A stretch of 64,000 bases of DNA from Macrostomum lignano (GCA_002269645.1 NIVC01000921.1:124001-188000), one strand, 5' to 3'; positions 13,755-27,863 are shown, numbered from the stretch's first letter. Numbers and translations: made by a program. The notes: a model not told the origin generated them from the letters alone.

Positions 13755-13973
13755 CCTATCTTCGTTGTGTATTTTTCCGTTGAAACCTGCCTAACTGCCT
13801 TTAAAACTATTTCTGAACGAAAAGCTTTATGAATACCGATAGAGCAATAAGAAAGGCACAACATATCAAAAGATGAACACTGGAGCTGCCTCCTATCAAA
13901 AGCAATAACAATTTTGTGCTGAAAAAATTAAACCTCCTATCTCTGTAGTGTATTTTTCGGTGAAAAATTGCCT
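13755..13973. repeat. Dispersed repeat carrying a ~39-bp motif twice in direct orientation (181-bp spacing)
   Basis: 13810-13973 is an inverted homolog of 33514-33682. The motif CCTATCT(C/T)(C/T)GT(A/T)GTGTATTTTTC(G/C)G occurs at about 13755 and 13936. Confidence 0.7.
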
Positions 13974-14054
13974 TCAAAACATTTACCATAGATTTCGAGT
14001 GTTGCGTCCTTCTACTTAAGTTGTCCTTGTGCCACTCCAGGACTCTCGTACAGG

Positions 14055-14167
14055 ATCGCCTTGGCTGAGGGATTAAGGCCCCCGGAGAGGGGGTGATCTA
14101 ACATTATTGTATGCCGCATATAAAGCTAGTTGCCATATGGGCGTAGGCTCGAGTCCCCGGGCTGACA
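14055..14167 (+). pseudogene. Degenerate tRNA-Leu-like sequence or SINE head
   Basis: TGGCTGAGGGATTAAGG (A-box-like) and GGGCGTAGGCTCGAGTCCCCGGGCTGACA resemble the tRNA-Leu 5' and 3' ends. The middle is long and does not fold convincingly by eye. Confidence 0.3.
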
Positions 14168-14629
14168 GGCGGACCCTCCACCCTGGCCAGAGTTGTACCC
14201 CCCCCCCCCCCCCGGATCGACTCGCGTGTGAGCGAATCATTGAGAGCTTTGCCTGCACTCGAATCCAGTTTCTTTTCCAAGCTCGCAAAAGTCCCTCAAA
14301 ATTTATTGGGAGAGGAGGGGCGGCTTCGCTTTGGCTTAAGAGAACTTTCCGGCTCTATGCGGATTTCAGTAAGCTCGTTTTGGTGCACAAATTGTAGAGG
14401 GGGCAGGGACAGAGACAGACGGAATGCAAGGTAAATCCAAGTTAATTAGGGATAGAATGAGTGATAGGGATTCGATTGCGATTGAAGAGTAGAGAAACTG
14501 GAAAGAGACTAGAGAGAGGATATTAGGGACACAATAGAGAATGGAAGTTGAAAGAGATTAGAGGTGAGAAATTTTAGAGATTAGAGGGACATATTAGAGG
14601 GAGAGAGATTAAGAAGGAGAGAGGTTAGA

Positions 14630-15440
14630 CTGAGAAAGATTAGAGGGAGAGAGGTTAGACTGAGAAAGATTAGAGGGAGAGAGATTAGACTGAGAAAGAT
14701 TAGAGGGAGAGAGATTAGACTGAGAAAGATTAGAGGGAGAGAGATTAGACTGAGAAAGATTAGAGGGAGAGAGATTAGACTGAGAAAGATTAGAGGGAGA
14801 GAGGTTAGACTGAGAAAGATTAGAGGGAGAGAGGTTAGACTGAGAAAGATTAGAGGGAGAGAGATTAGACTGAGAAAGATTAGAGGGAGAGAGATTAGAC
14901 TGAGAAAGATTAGAGGGAAAGAGGTTAGACTGAGAAAGATTAGAGGGAAAGAGGTTAGACTGAGAAAGATTAGATGGAGAGAGGTTAGACTGAGAAAGAT
15001 TAGAGGGAGAGAGGTTAGACTGAGAAAGATTAGAGGGAAAGAGGTTAGACTGAGAAAGATTAGATGGAGAGAGGTTAGACTGAGAAAGATTAGAGGGAGA
15101 GAAGTTAGACTGAGAAAGATTAGATGGAGAGAGGTTAGACTGAGAAAGATTAGAGGGAGAGAGGTTAGACTGAGAAAGATTAGAGGGAAAGAGGTTAGAC
15201 TGAGAAAGATTAGATGGAGAGAGGTTAGACTGAGAAAGATTAGAGGGAGAGAAGTTAGACTGAGAAAGATTAGAGGGAGAGAGGTTAGACTGAGAAAGAT
15301 TAGAGGGAGAGAAGTTAGACTGAGAAAGATTAGAGGGAAAGAGGTTAGACTGAGAAAGATTAGAGGGAAAGAGGTTAGACTGAGAAAGATTAGAGGGAGA
15401 GAAGTTAGACTGAGAAAGATTAGAGGGAGAGAGTTTAGAG
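14630..15440. repeat. 30-bp minisatellite (TTAGACTGAGAAAGATTAGAGGGAGAGAG[G/A])n
   Basis: Tandem units read directly. Confidence 0.95.
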
Positions 15441-16696
15441 GGAGAGGGATTAGAGTAAGAGGAAGAGGGAGAGGGCTTAGAGTGGGAAAGATTAGAGTGA
15501 GTGAGATTAGGGGAAGAAATAAGAGAGAGCGAGTTAGAATAGAGGGTTTGAGATCAGAGGAAGGAAGGAGTTAGAGGGAGAGAGATTGGAGAGGTCACAG
15601 ACCATGGAGTTCGCATCCCGACAAGACTTATTTCCAGGCGTATTTAGATCCCCAAAGCTGTAGATGGCAGGGGGATCAGGGATTCGAGCACGGCAGTAGC
15701 AGTGCATGGTAATATCCCGGAGCCCGAATAGAACAATCATCCGCTAAGCAAGCCAGCTTTCAAACTGAGCTCCGGACAAGGTCTGAGAGAAAACTCGCGA
15801 ACATGTTCGTGCCATAGTTGCTCTCCCCGGCCTCCCTGATTGATTTCGGTCGCTTGGGAGTGGAGGCTGCTGAAATTGGAACTAATCCTTCAGACTGCGG
15901 AGCATGCATGCGCCATGGCTGGCTGCATTCGCGTGTCGCGGCAGGCGGCCTAGCGCTGACCCGTCTTCTCCCCGCGCGGTCTTACCACCTCCCCTTACGT
16001 TCCCACCCTCGCCACTGCGCCTGTTGGAACTTTCGGGAGGGTTGGCAAGCGATTGATTTCTCACTCTGTCAGTTCCTTCATCCCAGCTCCGCGAGTCTCA
16101 ATCAGCGGCCTGGACCGGCATAACCGAGGGTTCTCAGCTGCCGCGATTTTGGTCAGCCTGGCCTGGTGCGAGCGATGCTTCCGTGAGCATGCTGTCCCCG
16201 CTAGCTAGCTCTGACTCGCGCACTCTTCTGCTATCAGTCTTCTGCTCTCGGTCTTCTGCTCTCAGTCTTCTGCTCTCAGTCTCCTACACACACTCTCCCA
16301 CACACACTCTCCTAGCTGCAGTAGGCGTCTCCCAAGCCACCCGAACCGGTCCGTCTGACACGGATAAAAACAGGGGGTCGCCTCCGCGACTCCAAGCGGA
16401 CTTGGGGGGGGGGGGGTGCGTGAGAAGGCAGCGCGACAGAAATTGAACACGCAAAAAAGATAATTAATCCCCGCCTGGGCGAGACGCAAATCTGCTTTAG
16501 CCATCCGGACAAGGGTGAATTTTTTTAAAAAGAAAATTCCCTCATCAACCTTAAATCCCAACGGATTGTTTTTCCTGCCCGCTAAAAAATAAATAGATTT
16601 ATTTGGTCAAAAATTATTTGTCAAATTCCTGCGCGTATCCGCTTCTCTATTTACACATAGCACACTGGCTGTTGTTAACGAGGAGAGCGATTAAAC

Positions 16697-17208
16697 GCGC
16701 AAGATACAAGCGCGCAAGATACAAGCGCGCAAGATACAAGCGCGCAAGATACAAGTGCGCAAGATACAAGCGCGCAAGATACAAGCGCGCAAGATACAAG
16801 CGCGCAAGATACAAGCGCGCAAGATACAAGCGCGCAAGATACAAGCGCGCAAGATACAAGCGCGCAAGATACAAGCGCGCAAGATACAAGCGCACAAGAT
16901 ACAAGCGCGCAAGATACAAGCGCGCAAGATTCAAGCGCACAAGATTCAAGCGCACAAGATTCAAGCGCACAAGATTCAAGCGCACAAGATTCAAGCGCAC
17001 AAGATTCAAGCGCACAAGATTCAAGCGCACAAGATTCAAGCGCACAAGATTCAAGCGCACAAGATTCAAGCGCACAAGATTCAAGCGCACAAGATTCAAG
17101 CGCACAAGATTCAAGCGCACAAGATACAAGCGCGCAAGATTCAAGCGCACAAGATTCAAGCGCGCAAGATTCAAGCGCGCAAGATACAAGCGCACAAGAT
17201 TCAAGCGC
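16697..17208. repeat. 15-bp minisatellite (GC[G/A]CAAGAT[A/T]CAAGC)n
   Basis: Tandem units with a polarized variant gradient. Confidence 0.95.
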
Positions 17209-17764
17209 TCTAGGAATACTTCAATCTCCCACTTATGTGCGCTAAACCTGTTTAGCCGCAGTAAATCATACTCGCGCCAATGCCCGGATCGATCGGGAAA
17301 TCTTGAAAATTCAAAGATTCCCCAGTCACAGTCGGCCTGATGGACGGACCTTCGAGACTTTCAACAAGAAATTATGATGGGAAATGAGTTTTCCAAATAG
17401 ATATTTTTTGCTTTGCATTGAAGCGCGCACATTAAAGTCGCTGGAATCGGCTCGCTGTGCAGTGTGCGTGACACTCGCGGCGCCGGAGATTTTATTCTTC
17501 AAATGCCCTGCCCGATGCATTTATTCTAGAAGCCGCTAAGCGCTGCAAAGCAAAGCGGTCGCTTCCTCTCAGGACGTCAGATCCTCTCCCACCCCCAATT
17601 ATAGGAGCCGAGAGCCGCTGAGATGCTGCATAGAAAAAAAATACAGGACAGCCTCAAGTACAAGCGCGGTAGGTCTTTTAAAAAAGGCTTTTCGAAATTT
17701 TCCAAACCACTGCGTTCAAATTTTAGGTGGACAAAAATATCACAGTGTAGGCAAAAGCATATTG

Positions 17765-19905
17765 GAACCTCCTGTAGCTGACTGTGGAATCTCCTTGTAG
17801 CTGACTGTGGAATCTCCTGTAGCTGACTGTGGAATCTCCTGTAGCTGACTGTGGAACCTCCTGTAGCTGACTGTGGAATCTCCTGTAGCTGACTGTGGAA
17901 TCTCCTGTAGCTGACTGTGGAACCTCCTGTAGCTGACTGTGGAATCTCCTTGTAGCTGACTGTGGAATCTCCTGTAGCTGACTGTGGAATCTCCTGTAGC
18001 TGACTGTGGAATCTCCTGTAGCTGACTGTGGAATCTCCTGTAGCTGACTGTGGAATCTCCTGTAGCTGACTGTGGAATCTCCTGTAGCTGACTGTGGAAC
18101 CTCCTGTAGCTGACTGTGGAATCTCCTTGTAGCTGACTGTGGAACCTCCTGTAGCTGACTGTGGAATCTCCTGTAGCTGACTGTGGAATCTCCTGTAGCT
18201 GACTGTGGAATCTCCTGTAGCTGACTGTGGAATCTCCTGTAGCTGACTGTGGAACCTCCTGTAGCTGACTGTGGAATCTCCTGTAGCTGACTGTGGAACC
18301 TCCTGTAGCTGACTGTGGAATCTCCTGTAGCTGACTGTGGAACCTCCTGTAGCTGACTTTGGAATCTCCTTGTAGCTGACTGTGGAATCTCCTGTAGCTG
18401 ACTGTGGAATCTCCTTGTAGCTGACTGTGGAATCTCCTGTAGCTGACTGTGGATTCTCCTGTAGCTGACTGTGGAATCTCCTTGTAGCTGACTGTGGAAT
18501 CTCCTGTAGCTGACTGTGGAACCTCCTGTAGCTGACTGTGGAACCTCCTGTAGCTGACTTTGGAATCTCCTGTAGCTGACTGTGGAATCTCCTGTAGCTG
18601 ACTGTGGAATCTCCTGTAGCTGACTGTGGAACCTCCTGTAGCTGACTTTGGAATCTCCTGTAGCTGACTGTGGAATCTCCTGTAGCTGACTATGGAATCT
18701 CCTGTAGCTGACTGTGGAACCTCCTGTAGCTGACTGTGGAATCTCCTGTAGCTGACTGTGGAACCTCCTGTAGCTGACTTTGGAATCTCCTGTAGCTGAC
18801 TGTGGAATCTCCTGTAGCTGACTGTGGAATCTCCTTGTAGCTGACTGTGGAATCTCCTGTAGCTGACTGTGGATTCTCCTGTAGCTGACTGTGGAATCTC
18901 CTTGTAGCTGACTGTGGAATCTCCTGTAGCTGACTGTGGAATCTCCTGTAGCTGACTGTGGAATCTCCTGTAGCTGACTGTGGAATCTCCTGTAGCTGAC
19001 TGTGGAATCTCCTGTAGCTGACTGTGGAATCTCCTGTAGCTGACTGTGGAATCTCCTGTAGCTGACTGTGGAATCTCCTGTAGCTGACTGTGGAATCTCC
19101 TGTAGCTGACTGTGGAATCTCCTGTAGCTGACTGTTGAATCTCCTGTAGCTGACTGTGGAATCTCCTGTAGCTGACTGTGGAATCTCCTGTAGCTGACTG
19201 TGGAATCTCCTGTAGCTGACTGTGGAATCTCCTGTAGCTGACTGTGGAATCTCCTGTAGCTGACTGTGGAATCTCCTGTAGCTGACTGTTGAATCTCCTT
19301 GTAGCTGACTGTGGAATCTCCTGTAGCTGACTGTGGAATCTCCTGTAGCTGACTGTGGAATCTCCTGTAGCTGACTGTGGAATCTCCTGTAGCTGACTGT
19401 GGAATCTCCTGTAGCTGACTGTGGAATCTCCTGTAGCTGACTGTGGAATCTCCTGTAGCTGACTGTGGAATCTCCTGTAGCTGACTGTGGAATCTCCTGT
19501 AGCTGACTGTGGAATCTCCTGTAGCTGACTGTGGAATCTCCTGTAGCTGACTGTGGAATCTCCTGTAGCTGACTGTTGAATCTCCTGTAGCTGACTGTGG
19601 AATCTCCTGTAGCTGACTGTGGAATCTCCTGTAGCTGACTGTGGAATCTCCTGTAGCTGACTGTGGAATCTCCTGTAGCTGACTGTGGAATCTCCTGTAG
19701 CTGACTGTGGAATCTCCTGTAGCTGACTGTTGAATCTCCTTGTAGCTGACTGTGGAATCTCCTGTAGCTGACTGTGGAATCTCCTGTAGCTGACTGTGGA
19801 ATCTCCTGTAGCTGACTGTGGAATCTCCTGTAGCTGACTGTGGAATCTCCTGTAGCTGACTGTGGAATCTCCTGTAGCTGACTGTGGAATCTCCAGTAGC
19901 TGACT
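17765..19905. repeat. 22-bp minisatellite (AGCTGACTGTGGAATCTCCTGT)n
   Basis: About 2.1 kb of tandem units. Confidence 0.95.
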
Positions 19906-20199
19906 GGATTCCCCAACTGTGGAATTATAAACCTCACTCCCTAGCAACCATAAGTCGAAGCATTAAATTCATTCTCCCACATCTACAGTATATCTATAAA
20001 AAGCCTGCAAACGGATTTGGCCAAACGCAGTGATCCGGATTAAATTTACGCCTAACTTGCACCGCAATCCCATTTATCCCACGGGAGCATGACAGCATTG
20101 TAAATCTCTTTGTGCATGTGATACTGAAATATCTTTATCTATTTTTTACAACCTCAGTTGTGAGTGAGGATAGTGAGCTAATCAGTGGGGGATTGGATT

Positions 20200-20745
20200 A
20201 AATAGTGGGGCAGTGGGGTAGACAGTGGGGCAGTGGGGTAGACAGTGGGGCAGTGGGGTAGACAGTGGGGCAGTGGGGTAGACAGTGGGGCAGTGGAGTA
20301 GACAGTGGGGTAGTAAAGTAGACAGTAGGGAAGTAGAGTAGACAGTAGGGGAGTGGAGTAGACAGTAGGGAAGTAGAGTAGACAGTAGGGGAGTGGAGTA
20401 GACAGTGGAGCAGTGGAGTAGACAGTGGAGCAGTGGAGTAGACAGTGGAGCAGTGGGGTAGACAGTGGAGTAGACAGTGGAGCAGTGGGGCAGACAGTGG
20501 AGTAGAGAGTGGGGTAGTGGAGTAGACAGTGGAGCAGTGGGGTAGACAGTGGAGCAGTGGGGCAGACAGTGGAGTAGACAGTGGGGTAGTGGAGTAGACA
20601 GTGGAGCAGTGGAGCAGACAGTGGAGTAGACAGTGGGGTAGTGGAGTAGACAGTGGAGCAGTGGAGCAGACAGTGGAGTAGACAGTGGAGCAGTGGGGCA
20701 GACAGTGGAGTAGACAGTGGGGTAGTGCAGTAGACAGGGGGCAGT
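20200..20745. repeat. 20-bp repeat (GTAGACAGTGGGGCAGTGG[G/A])n
   Basis: Tandem units. Same family as 21690-22808. Confidence 0.92.
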
Positions 20746-21689
20746 GGCGGAGGGGACAGCGGGCAGACGAAGTATGGATTTCCCATTCCATATTTCGCAC
20801 CTAAAGCGACCTGCTAAAGCGGGCGAGCTCCCCTTTGCGAGCAATTTTGCGGCTTTTCTGCCCTCGTGCTTTCGGCTAATTCGAGGGGAACCGGCCGTGC
20901 AGGTGGCTGGAGAAATGCAATCGGCTGGAATGAAAGAAGGGAGTAGAAAAAATTGGGTGGGGGGGATGGGAAAGATTATCCAGCAGAGTGGAAGTCAGGA
21001 GAGAGTTGAGCAGGTCAGAGAGACGGACGCTGCATGGAGCGATGGGGATTGGCAGTCGAATTTTTATAAGATTTATAGATGCACCCAAGGGATAATATAT
21101 TTCAGCTCGCTTGGCTGCTCTGTGCTGCCAAAGCAGGTGAAAGAGGGAGATGGGAGAAACAGATGCAGTCCCCCCCCCCCAGTGTCACCCGCATCCTGTG
21201 CAGAGAGAAGTTGGTCCCACAGAAAGCCTTCAACGCACCTTTTCTCCTTTGTTGCGACTCGAGAAATTGGTCTGTCTGCCACCGGCCACTTGCTGCTCTA
21301 CTTAACTCAACAATAGAAAGCTTCAATATATTTTCAATAAAATATACGCTTATATACGACGTAAGAATCTGCCTATTGAATAATATTCTTTTCAAAAAGG
21401 TCCATTGTATAATGAATAGATCCTCATGCAGCGTTCTAAATGAAAAATCAATTTTTAAATCGACAACGAGGAAATCTTGTTTAATAATAGTTATTCTGAG
21501 AAGTGGCGCTGCAGTTCCCGGCATCAGCAGCAGCATGCACTTTTAAAACACTTTGTTGTTCTCCTTCTAGACCACGACCTCGTTTCGCTAGATTTTTTAG
21601 TTCTACTTGAAGTAAGTTTACTTTATATTGAGCTTCATTTAATGTTCATGTCGCTGGGATTGGATCGAGGCTGCACTGAAGTTGAAGTG

Positions 21690-22808
21690 GGGTAGATATT
21701 GTGGCAAAAATGGGATAGATAGAGGGGAAAGTGGAATAGATGGTGGAAAGATTGGGGTAGATAGTGGGGAAAGTGGGGTAGATACTGGAAAAAGTGGGGT
21801 AGATAGAGGGAAAGTAGGGTAGACGTAGAAAAGTGGGGTAGACAGTGGGAAAGTGGAGTAGACAGTGTGAAAGTGGAGTAGACAGTCGGGAAGTAGGGTA
21901 GACAGTGTGAAAGTGGAGTAGACAGTGGGGAAGTGGAGTAGACAGTGGGGAAGTGGAGTAGACAGTGAGGAAGTGGAGTAGACAGTGGGGAAGTGGAGTA
22001 GACAGTCGGGAAGTGGGGTAGACAGTGGGGAAATGAGGTAGACAGGGGGGAAAGTGGGGTAGACAGTGGGAAAGTGGGGTAGACAGTGGGGAAGTGGGGT
22101 AGAGAGTGGGGAAGTGGGGTAGATAGTGTCAAAGTATGGTGGACAGTAGGAAAGTGGGGTAGACAGTAGAAAAGTGGAGTAGATAGTGTGAAAGTATGGT
22201 AGACAGTGGGGAAGTGGGGTAGACAGTGGTGAAGTGGGGTAGACAGTGGGGAAGTGGGATAGACAGTGGGGAAGTGGGGTAGATAGTGTTAAAGTATGGT
22301 GGACAGTAGGAAAGTGGGGTAGACAGTAGAAAAGTGGAGTAGATAGTGTGAAAGTATGGTAGACAGTGGTAGACAGTGGGGAAGTGGGGTAGACAGTGGT
22401 GAAGTGGGGTAGACAGTGGGAAAGTGGGTAGACAGTGACTGGGGTAGACAGTGGGGAAGTGGGGTAGACAGTGGGGAAGTGGGGTAGACAGTGGGGAAGA
22501 GGGGTAGACAGTGGGGAAGTGGGGTAGACAGTGGGGAAGTGGGGTAGACAGTGGGGAAGAGGGGTAGACAGTGGGGAAGTGGGGTAGACAGTGGGGAAGA
22601 GGGGTAGACAGTGGGGAAGTGGGGTAGACAGTGGGGAAGTGGGGTAGACAGTGGGGAAGAGGGGTAGACAGTGGGAAAGTGGGGTAGACAGTGGGGAACT
22701 GGGGTAGACAGTGGGGAAGTGGGGTAGACAGTGGGGAAGAGGGGTAGACAGTGGTGAAGTGGGGTAGACAGTGGGAAAGTGGGGTAGGCAGTGGGAAAGT
22801 GGGGTAGG
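21690..22808. repeat. 20-bp repeat (GTAGACAGTGGGGAAGTGGG)n
   Basis: Tandem units read directly. Confidence 0.92.
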
Positions 22809-23505
22809 ACTGCAATAGTGGAATTCTGATAGCACAAACATCCCGCTGTCTCCTGCTCTCTCGAAGCCAGCAGCGTCAACCAACACCGCGTCTTGCGAAC
22901 TCCTTTCTCAGTTTTCCTCAGCGAAACATAATCGACTTTCTCTTTTTCACCTCCGAGCCTGCAGCTTTTGAAATCCGAAATCGGTGAGAAAATCTTTGCC
23001 CATCTCTAAAGACAGAGGCTAGAAGCAGCAACAGCAATGGCTATTATAGATTTAAGCAATCAATCACACGCCCTGTGCAGGCAGTGCCAAGCAAATTCAA
23101 TAGCATTGAGCCAGCTCTATCGGATCTACATCAAGCGCATGAAGATGTATCAAGTTTCCTATTTTATTTTACCGAATAGAAGCTTGCTTTCCCGCCAGGC
23201 TGCCTTCACTGTTTTCTGCTTCGAGCTGGTGAGACCACTATGAGCTTACTGACGCCGTTGCAGTTTCTCAGTCAAGTTTTCAGACATTTCTCCTGCCACA
23301 TGAAATTGCCCCCCGCCGGAGTGCGTGATTTTGAACATAAATTTATATAAACAAGCTATATACGCATTTTGCTACTGACCAATAGAACTAAGTAGTGTAG
23401 ATGGGATATCCCATTAAAGACAATAACAAGACGTGATAAGGCACTTTGTGTGCCTTGGGGATGGGGATTGACTCTTACAAGTGTGAATCGCACGACAACC
23501 CCCGC

Positions 23506-23585
23506 AGCCAGCCGCTTTAGTTTCTTATTCATGCCCACAGTCTCGCCAAGCGCAAATACTCCCTAATACATGCAAACACACAACA
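23506..23585 (+). repeat. 5' LTR (truncated and internally deleted)
   Basis: Matches 27734-27762 and 27817-27863. Ends in ACA directly before a tRNA-Leu-type PBS. Confidence 0.85.
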
Positions 23586-23656
23586 TGGTGTCAGAGGAAA
23601 AATACTACAGTTAGATAATTGCTTTGTGCGTCGTTTTTGGTGGCAACTACAGCGGC

Positions 23657-24673
23657 ATGTCCGACGCAGCTGGACTGCGACCTCCAGGGCCCATGGTATT
23701 CGATGAGGCCAAGTCAGAACGCTGGAGAAAATGGATCGGCGCATTCAATTTATACATGACCGCCACAAAGCGCGACAAGGAGGCTGACAGCATGAAGAAT
23801 GCGATTCTGCTGACCGCCATCGGTGAAGAAGGCAGGGACATATTCGAGACATTCAAACTCTGCACTGACTCTGCTCACAAAGACATCATTGACAAATTCG
23901 AGAAATTCTGCATTCCTCTGGACAGCGAAACATTTGATCGCTATAAGTTTAGAATGCGTAAGCAGGAGCAGTATGAAGATTTTGATCACTTCATAAATGA
24001 GCTACGATTGTTAATAAAGCGATGCAGTTTTTCAAAGCCTAAAAATGGGCAATGCATTGACGATGCCATGCTGACATTGGAAAAGGCAATTGTTCTGTGC
24101 CGTGCCACCGAAGCTTCAAAGATGCAAGCCAGGCAGATGACAGGTGTAAAGAGTGAAAACCGAAACTTTGTCAGTCGAATTGTTAAAGACCCTGATCACA
24201 AGTTGCAGCAATCAACCAGAGCCAAGTCCAAGTCTATCACACGAAAGGTTCCTACAGGACAACAGGAATGCAGATACTGCGGCAAGAACCACAAATTTGG
24301 TCACACCAACTGCAGTGCCTATGGCAAGACCTGCTTAAACTGTGGACAAAAGAACCATTTTAAGGCCATGTGCCGGAAAGAGAAAACAAAACAATCGAAA
24401 CAGATTCGTACAGTTGAAGATGAGCTCACTGACGTGACTGAAACATCGAATTCTTACCAAGCTGCTGCCTGGGACGTAAGTCAATATTCTATGAATTCTA
24501 ATAATGGAAATGAAGTGAAAGCCGTTTCAAGAACAGTTGTGTCGCTAGACACTGAGTTTGGACACATCGTCAACTACAAAATTGATACCGGCGCTGATGT
24601 GAATATCATGTCCGAGAAACGCTTAAGAACAATCACAGACAACCCATTAGAAAAAGACCACACCAGACTATAA
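23657..24673 (+). pseudogene. gag + aspartic protease of the gypsy element (frameshifted after the protease start)
   Basis: Cys/His knuckle region CRYCGKNH...C and CLNCGQKNHFKAMC, and protease motif KIDTGADVN. Frameshift and stop at about 24670. Confidence 0.88.
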
Positions 24674-27600
24674 CAACCAGATGCTTAATGTGAAGGCAAG
24701 ATTAAATTGCGACTCTCGCACAAAGACGCCGTGCATACAGCAGAATTCACCATCATTGAGGAAGACAATACACCTCTACTAGCGACCGACACAGCTGAGA
24801 AATTAGGCCTGATTCAAATCCTCAACGTAACAAAGACTACAGATAAAGAAGTGCTGACGGAATCAAAGATCTTTAAGGAATACAGCGATTTGTTCGAAGG
24901 AATTGGATGACTGCCTGGAGCGCATCACATTTCATTGAGAGAAGGCGCAATACCGAAAGTCCAAGACCCAAGGAAAGTCCCATTTGCGGCTATGAAGGCC
25001 CTGCGTGAAGAGCTTGACCGCTTACAGAGCCAAGGAGTAATAACAAAATGCGACCAGCCGGCAGATTGGGTGTCCAATGTTGTTATCGTCTGGAAGAAGG
25101 ATAACTCGATTAGACTGTGCTTAGATCTAAGAATCTAAATGATTACGAGTATATTATCAGAAATCGATACCCCATTCCAACGTATGACGAGATGATTAGC
25201 GAGATGACAGGAGAAAAATACTTCTCAACATTTGATGCTAAGTTAAGTTGGATCAAGAAAGTTCACTTCTTACTGAATTTCACACTTCGTTTGGTGTTTA
25301 CAAATGGAATCGACTAGCTTTTGGTCTAAAGGATGCACCTGAAGCTTACCAAAGGCACATCAAAGATAGAAGTGACAAGTCAGGTAGAAAAATCTGCTAA
25401 CTACATCGATGACATCATAGTATGGGGAAAGACTCGGGAAGAGCACGACCAAGCAGTTCGAAATCTTCTGGAGCAATGCAGAAAAAAGAACCTGACTCTG
25501 AACAGGCAAAAGACGAGCATTGGCAAAACCGAGCTTCGATTTCTTGGACACATATTAACTGACAAAGGTGTGAAAGTAGATCCACAAAAAGTAAACAGCA
25601 TCAAAGAAATGCCGCACCCAAACAGTTTCGAACAGCGTGCTGAGAAGCAAGCGCAGCTCTAACGGTTTATTGGTAGTGCAATTTACTTGTCAAAATTCAT
25701 AGCAAACTTTTCTGCACTGACAAGTCCTTTGAGAGAACTCATGATGAAATAATCCGAATGGGTGTGGACCAACGACCAAGAAAAGGCGTATCAAGGAATC
25801 AAGCAGTGCCTCTGCGAAGCACCTGTGCTTGCGCCATTTGACCCGAATAAAGACCTAGTTTTATCTGTCGACGCCAGCAAAGATGGCTTGGGAGCAGCAC
25901 TATTGCAGGAAGGACATGTCATTGAGTATGCATCATCAGCTCTAACATCCGCTCAAAAGAAATATGCCCAGATAGAGAAGGAAATGCTTGCGATAGTATT
26001 TGGCTGTCGAAGGTTCAGACAGTATCTCTGGGGACGTAAAGTCTCCGTCGACTGACCACAAACCGCTGCAGTATATTATGAAGAAGCCAATGGATGAACT
26101 ATCGGCTAGAATACAACGTCTGATACTCAAGATCCAAGAATTCGACTTATACGTGCAATACAAACCGGGGAGATATCTTTATTTGGCTGATACATTAAGC
26201 CGTGCTTTCTTGCAAACCGTGCATTCGGCGAGTGACATAGACTCTGAGCTTGAGAATCAAATCTTGGGTATCCAAAAGGTTTGTCTACCGGAAGACCTAC
26301 TCAAGAACATCCAGGAACACACATATGCAGATTCAACTTGCCATGCGATCAAGAATCGCATTCGCGAGGATTGGCCGGAACTCAGAAACCAATTGCCAGA
26401 ACAACTAAAGCCTTTCTGGAATGTTCGTCACGATTTAGCCGAGCACGACAGATTAATTATGAAAACCAGGAAGATATTTAAACCACGGACCATGCGCCAC
26501 GAATTCTTGAACATCATTCATGAAGGACATCAAGGCATTGAAAAAATACTTCTAAAAGCAAGAGGATCGGATACTGGCCTCAGATGCGTCGGGACATCCA
26601 GAACTACACAGCAGCATGCGATGCCTGCCAAAGCAGCCAATCCCGACCACAGAAACAATCATTCAAAGTCCGCATCCTGATTATCCATTTCAAGAGTGCG
26701 CGACTGACCTGTTCGATTTTAAAGATCGAAAATTCATAGTTGTAGTGGACAGATACAGCCGATGGATTTGTGCAGATCCATAAGATCGATTACAATTAAT
26801 ACAGCTGAGTTTGTTATCCTGCAATTAAAGAAATATTTGTCCACATTCGGAACACCTGAGAAGTTGCGATGCGACAACGGACCACCATTCTCGTCCAACG
26901 CATTCCAATTATATGCTAGATCAAGCGGGATAGCACTTGTAACATCATCACCAAGATATCCGCAGTCCAATGGATTAGCGGAGCGAGCTGTGCAAACAGT
27001 GAAATGCTTCTTGGGAAAGAATGAAGACTTTGAAAAAGCAATGCTTCACTACCGTAATACTCCGATTGAGCGTGGGTTACCGTCTCCAGCAGAGCTACTG
27101 ATGGGAAGGAAATTGAGGTACGAACTACCTGTACCAATAATGGAATTGATACCAAAACGAACATGGACGAGGAATGATTTGGAAACACTGAACGCCATGC
27201 GAAGGAAGGACGCGATTCGCTACAACAGTACAGCTGGGATTTGAAACCACTGGAGACTGGAGAGCAAGTCTGGTTGTACGAGGACAAGAGACAGTGGATT
27301 CCAGCAGAAATTCAATCGCAGGATCATACGGATCCAGAACGATCGTACCAAGTGCAAACTGCTGATGGTAAAGGCTACAGGAAGAACCGACGATTCATAG
27401 CACCCAGAGTTGCGAACTCCAGACTGTCTGCAATACCGAAACATCTAGCGCTACAGCGACCAGTAGATATCTCAGAGAGTCATCTGAAAGATTCAACTGC
27501 ATCATCCAGAATTCAGCCAATTCATGAGCATCAAACAACAAGCAATCCTGCTGAAGATGCTAACCGACAAACGACCAATGCTGACACAAATGCGCCATAT

Positions 27601-27717
27601 GTGACACGATCGGGTCGGGTCGTACTGTCAAACAGACGAGATTCCATCAAGCTGTTTAATGACGAATTTTTTTTGTTTATGGACAAAATATGCAATTCGC
27701 GTACAATGTTCCTTTGA
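24674..27717 (+). pseudogene. pol (RT, RNase H, integrase) fragments with multiple stops and frameshifts
   Basis: RT: PRKVPFA, IRLCLD, YIDD, LGH. RNase H: LSVDASKDGLGAALLQ, YAQIEKEMLAIVFG. Integrase: IHEGHQG, LRCDNGPPF, SPRYPQSNGLAERAVQT. Confidence 0.9.
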
Positions 27718-27727
27718 AAAAAGGGGA

Positions 27728-27863
27728 TGTGGTAGCCAGCCGCTTTAGTTTCTTATTCATGCATACATGATTGTTTATGAACAAACTCAAATATACTTGT
27801 AAAGGGGTGTGGCTGCGCCCAGTCTCGCCAAGCGCAAATACTAATACATGCAAACACACAACA
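27728..27863 (+). repeat. 3' LTR (136 bp, TGT...ACA)
   Basis: Follows the polypurine tract and is homologous to the 5' LTR. Confidence 0.88.

Larger units (their letters stand above)
23506..27863 (+). mobile_element. Decayed Ty3/gypsy LTR retrotransposon (Mag/K02A2.6-like)
   Basis: 5' LTR remnant at 23506-23585, PBS TGGTGTCAGA at 23586, and gag-PR-RT-RH-IN order. PPT AAAAAGGGGA precedes a 3' LTR TGT...ACA at 27728-27863. Confidence 0.93.

Noticed and set aside
14055-14167. Functional tRNA-Leu gene
   Set aside because: A and B boxes are degenerate and no convincing cloverleaf or anticodon arm could be formed. Kept only as a low-confidence pseudogene.
17740-19947. 735-aa and 415-aa ORFs, and similar long ORFs at 2262-2990, 4170-5193, 5853-6927, 9966-11845, 12216-13108, 16603-17340, 20178-22886, 35136-36611 and 62115-62957
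   Set aside because: They are read-through of tandem repeats whose units lack stops in several frames. Multiple frames and strands are open at once, and some lie in introns.
24660-24720. Possible programmed gag-pol frameshift in the gypsy element
   Set aside because: The break falls inside the protease region, and many further stops and frameshifts follow, which indicates decay.
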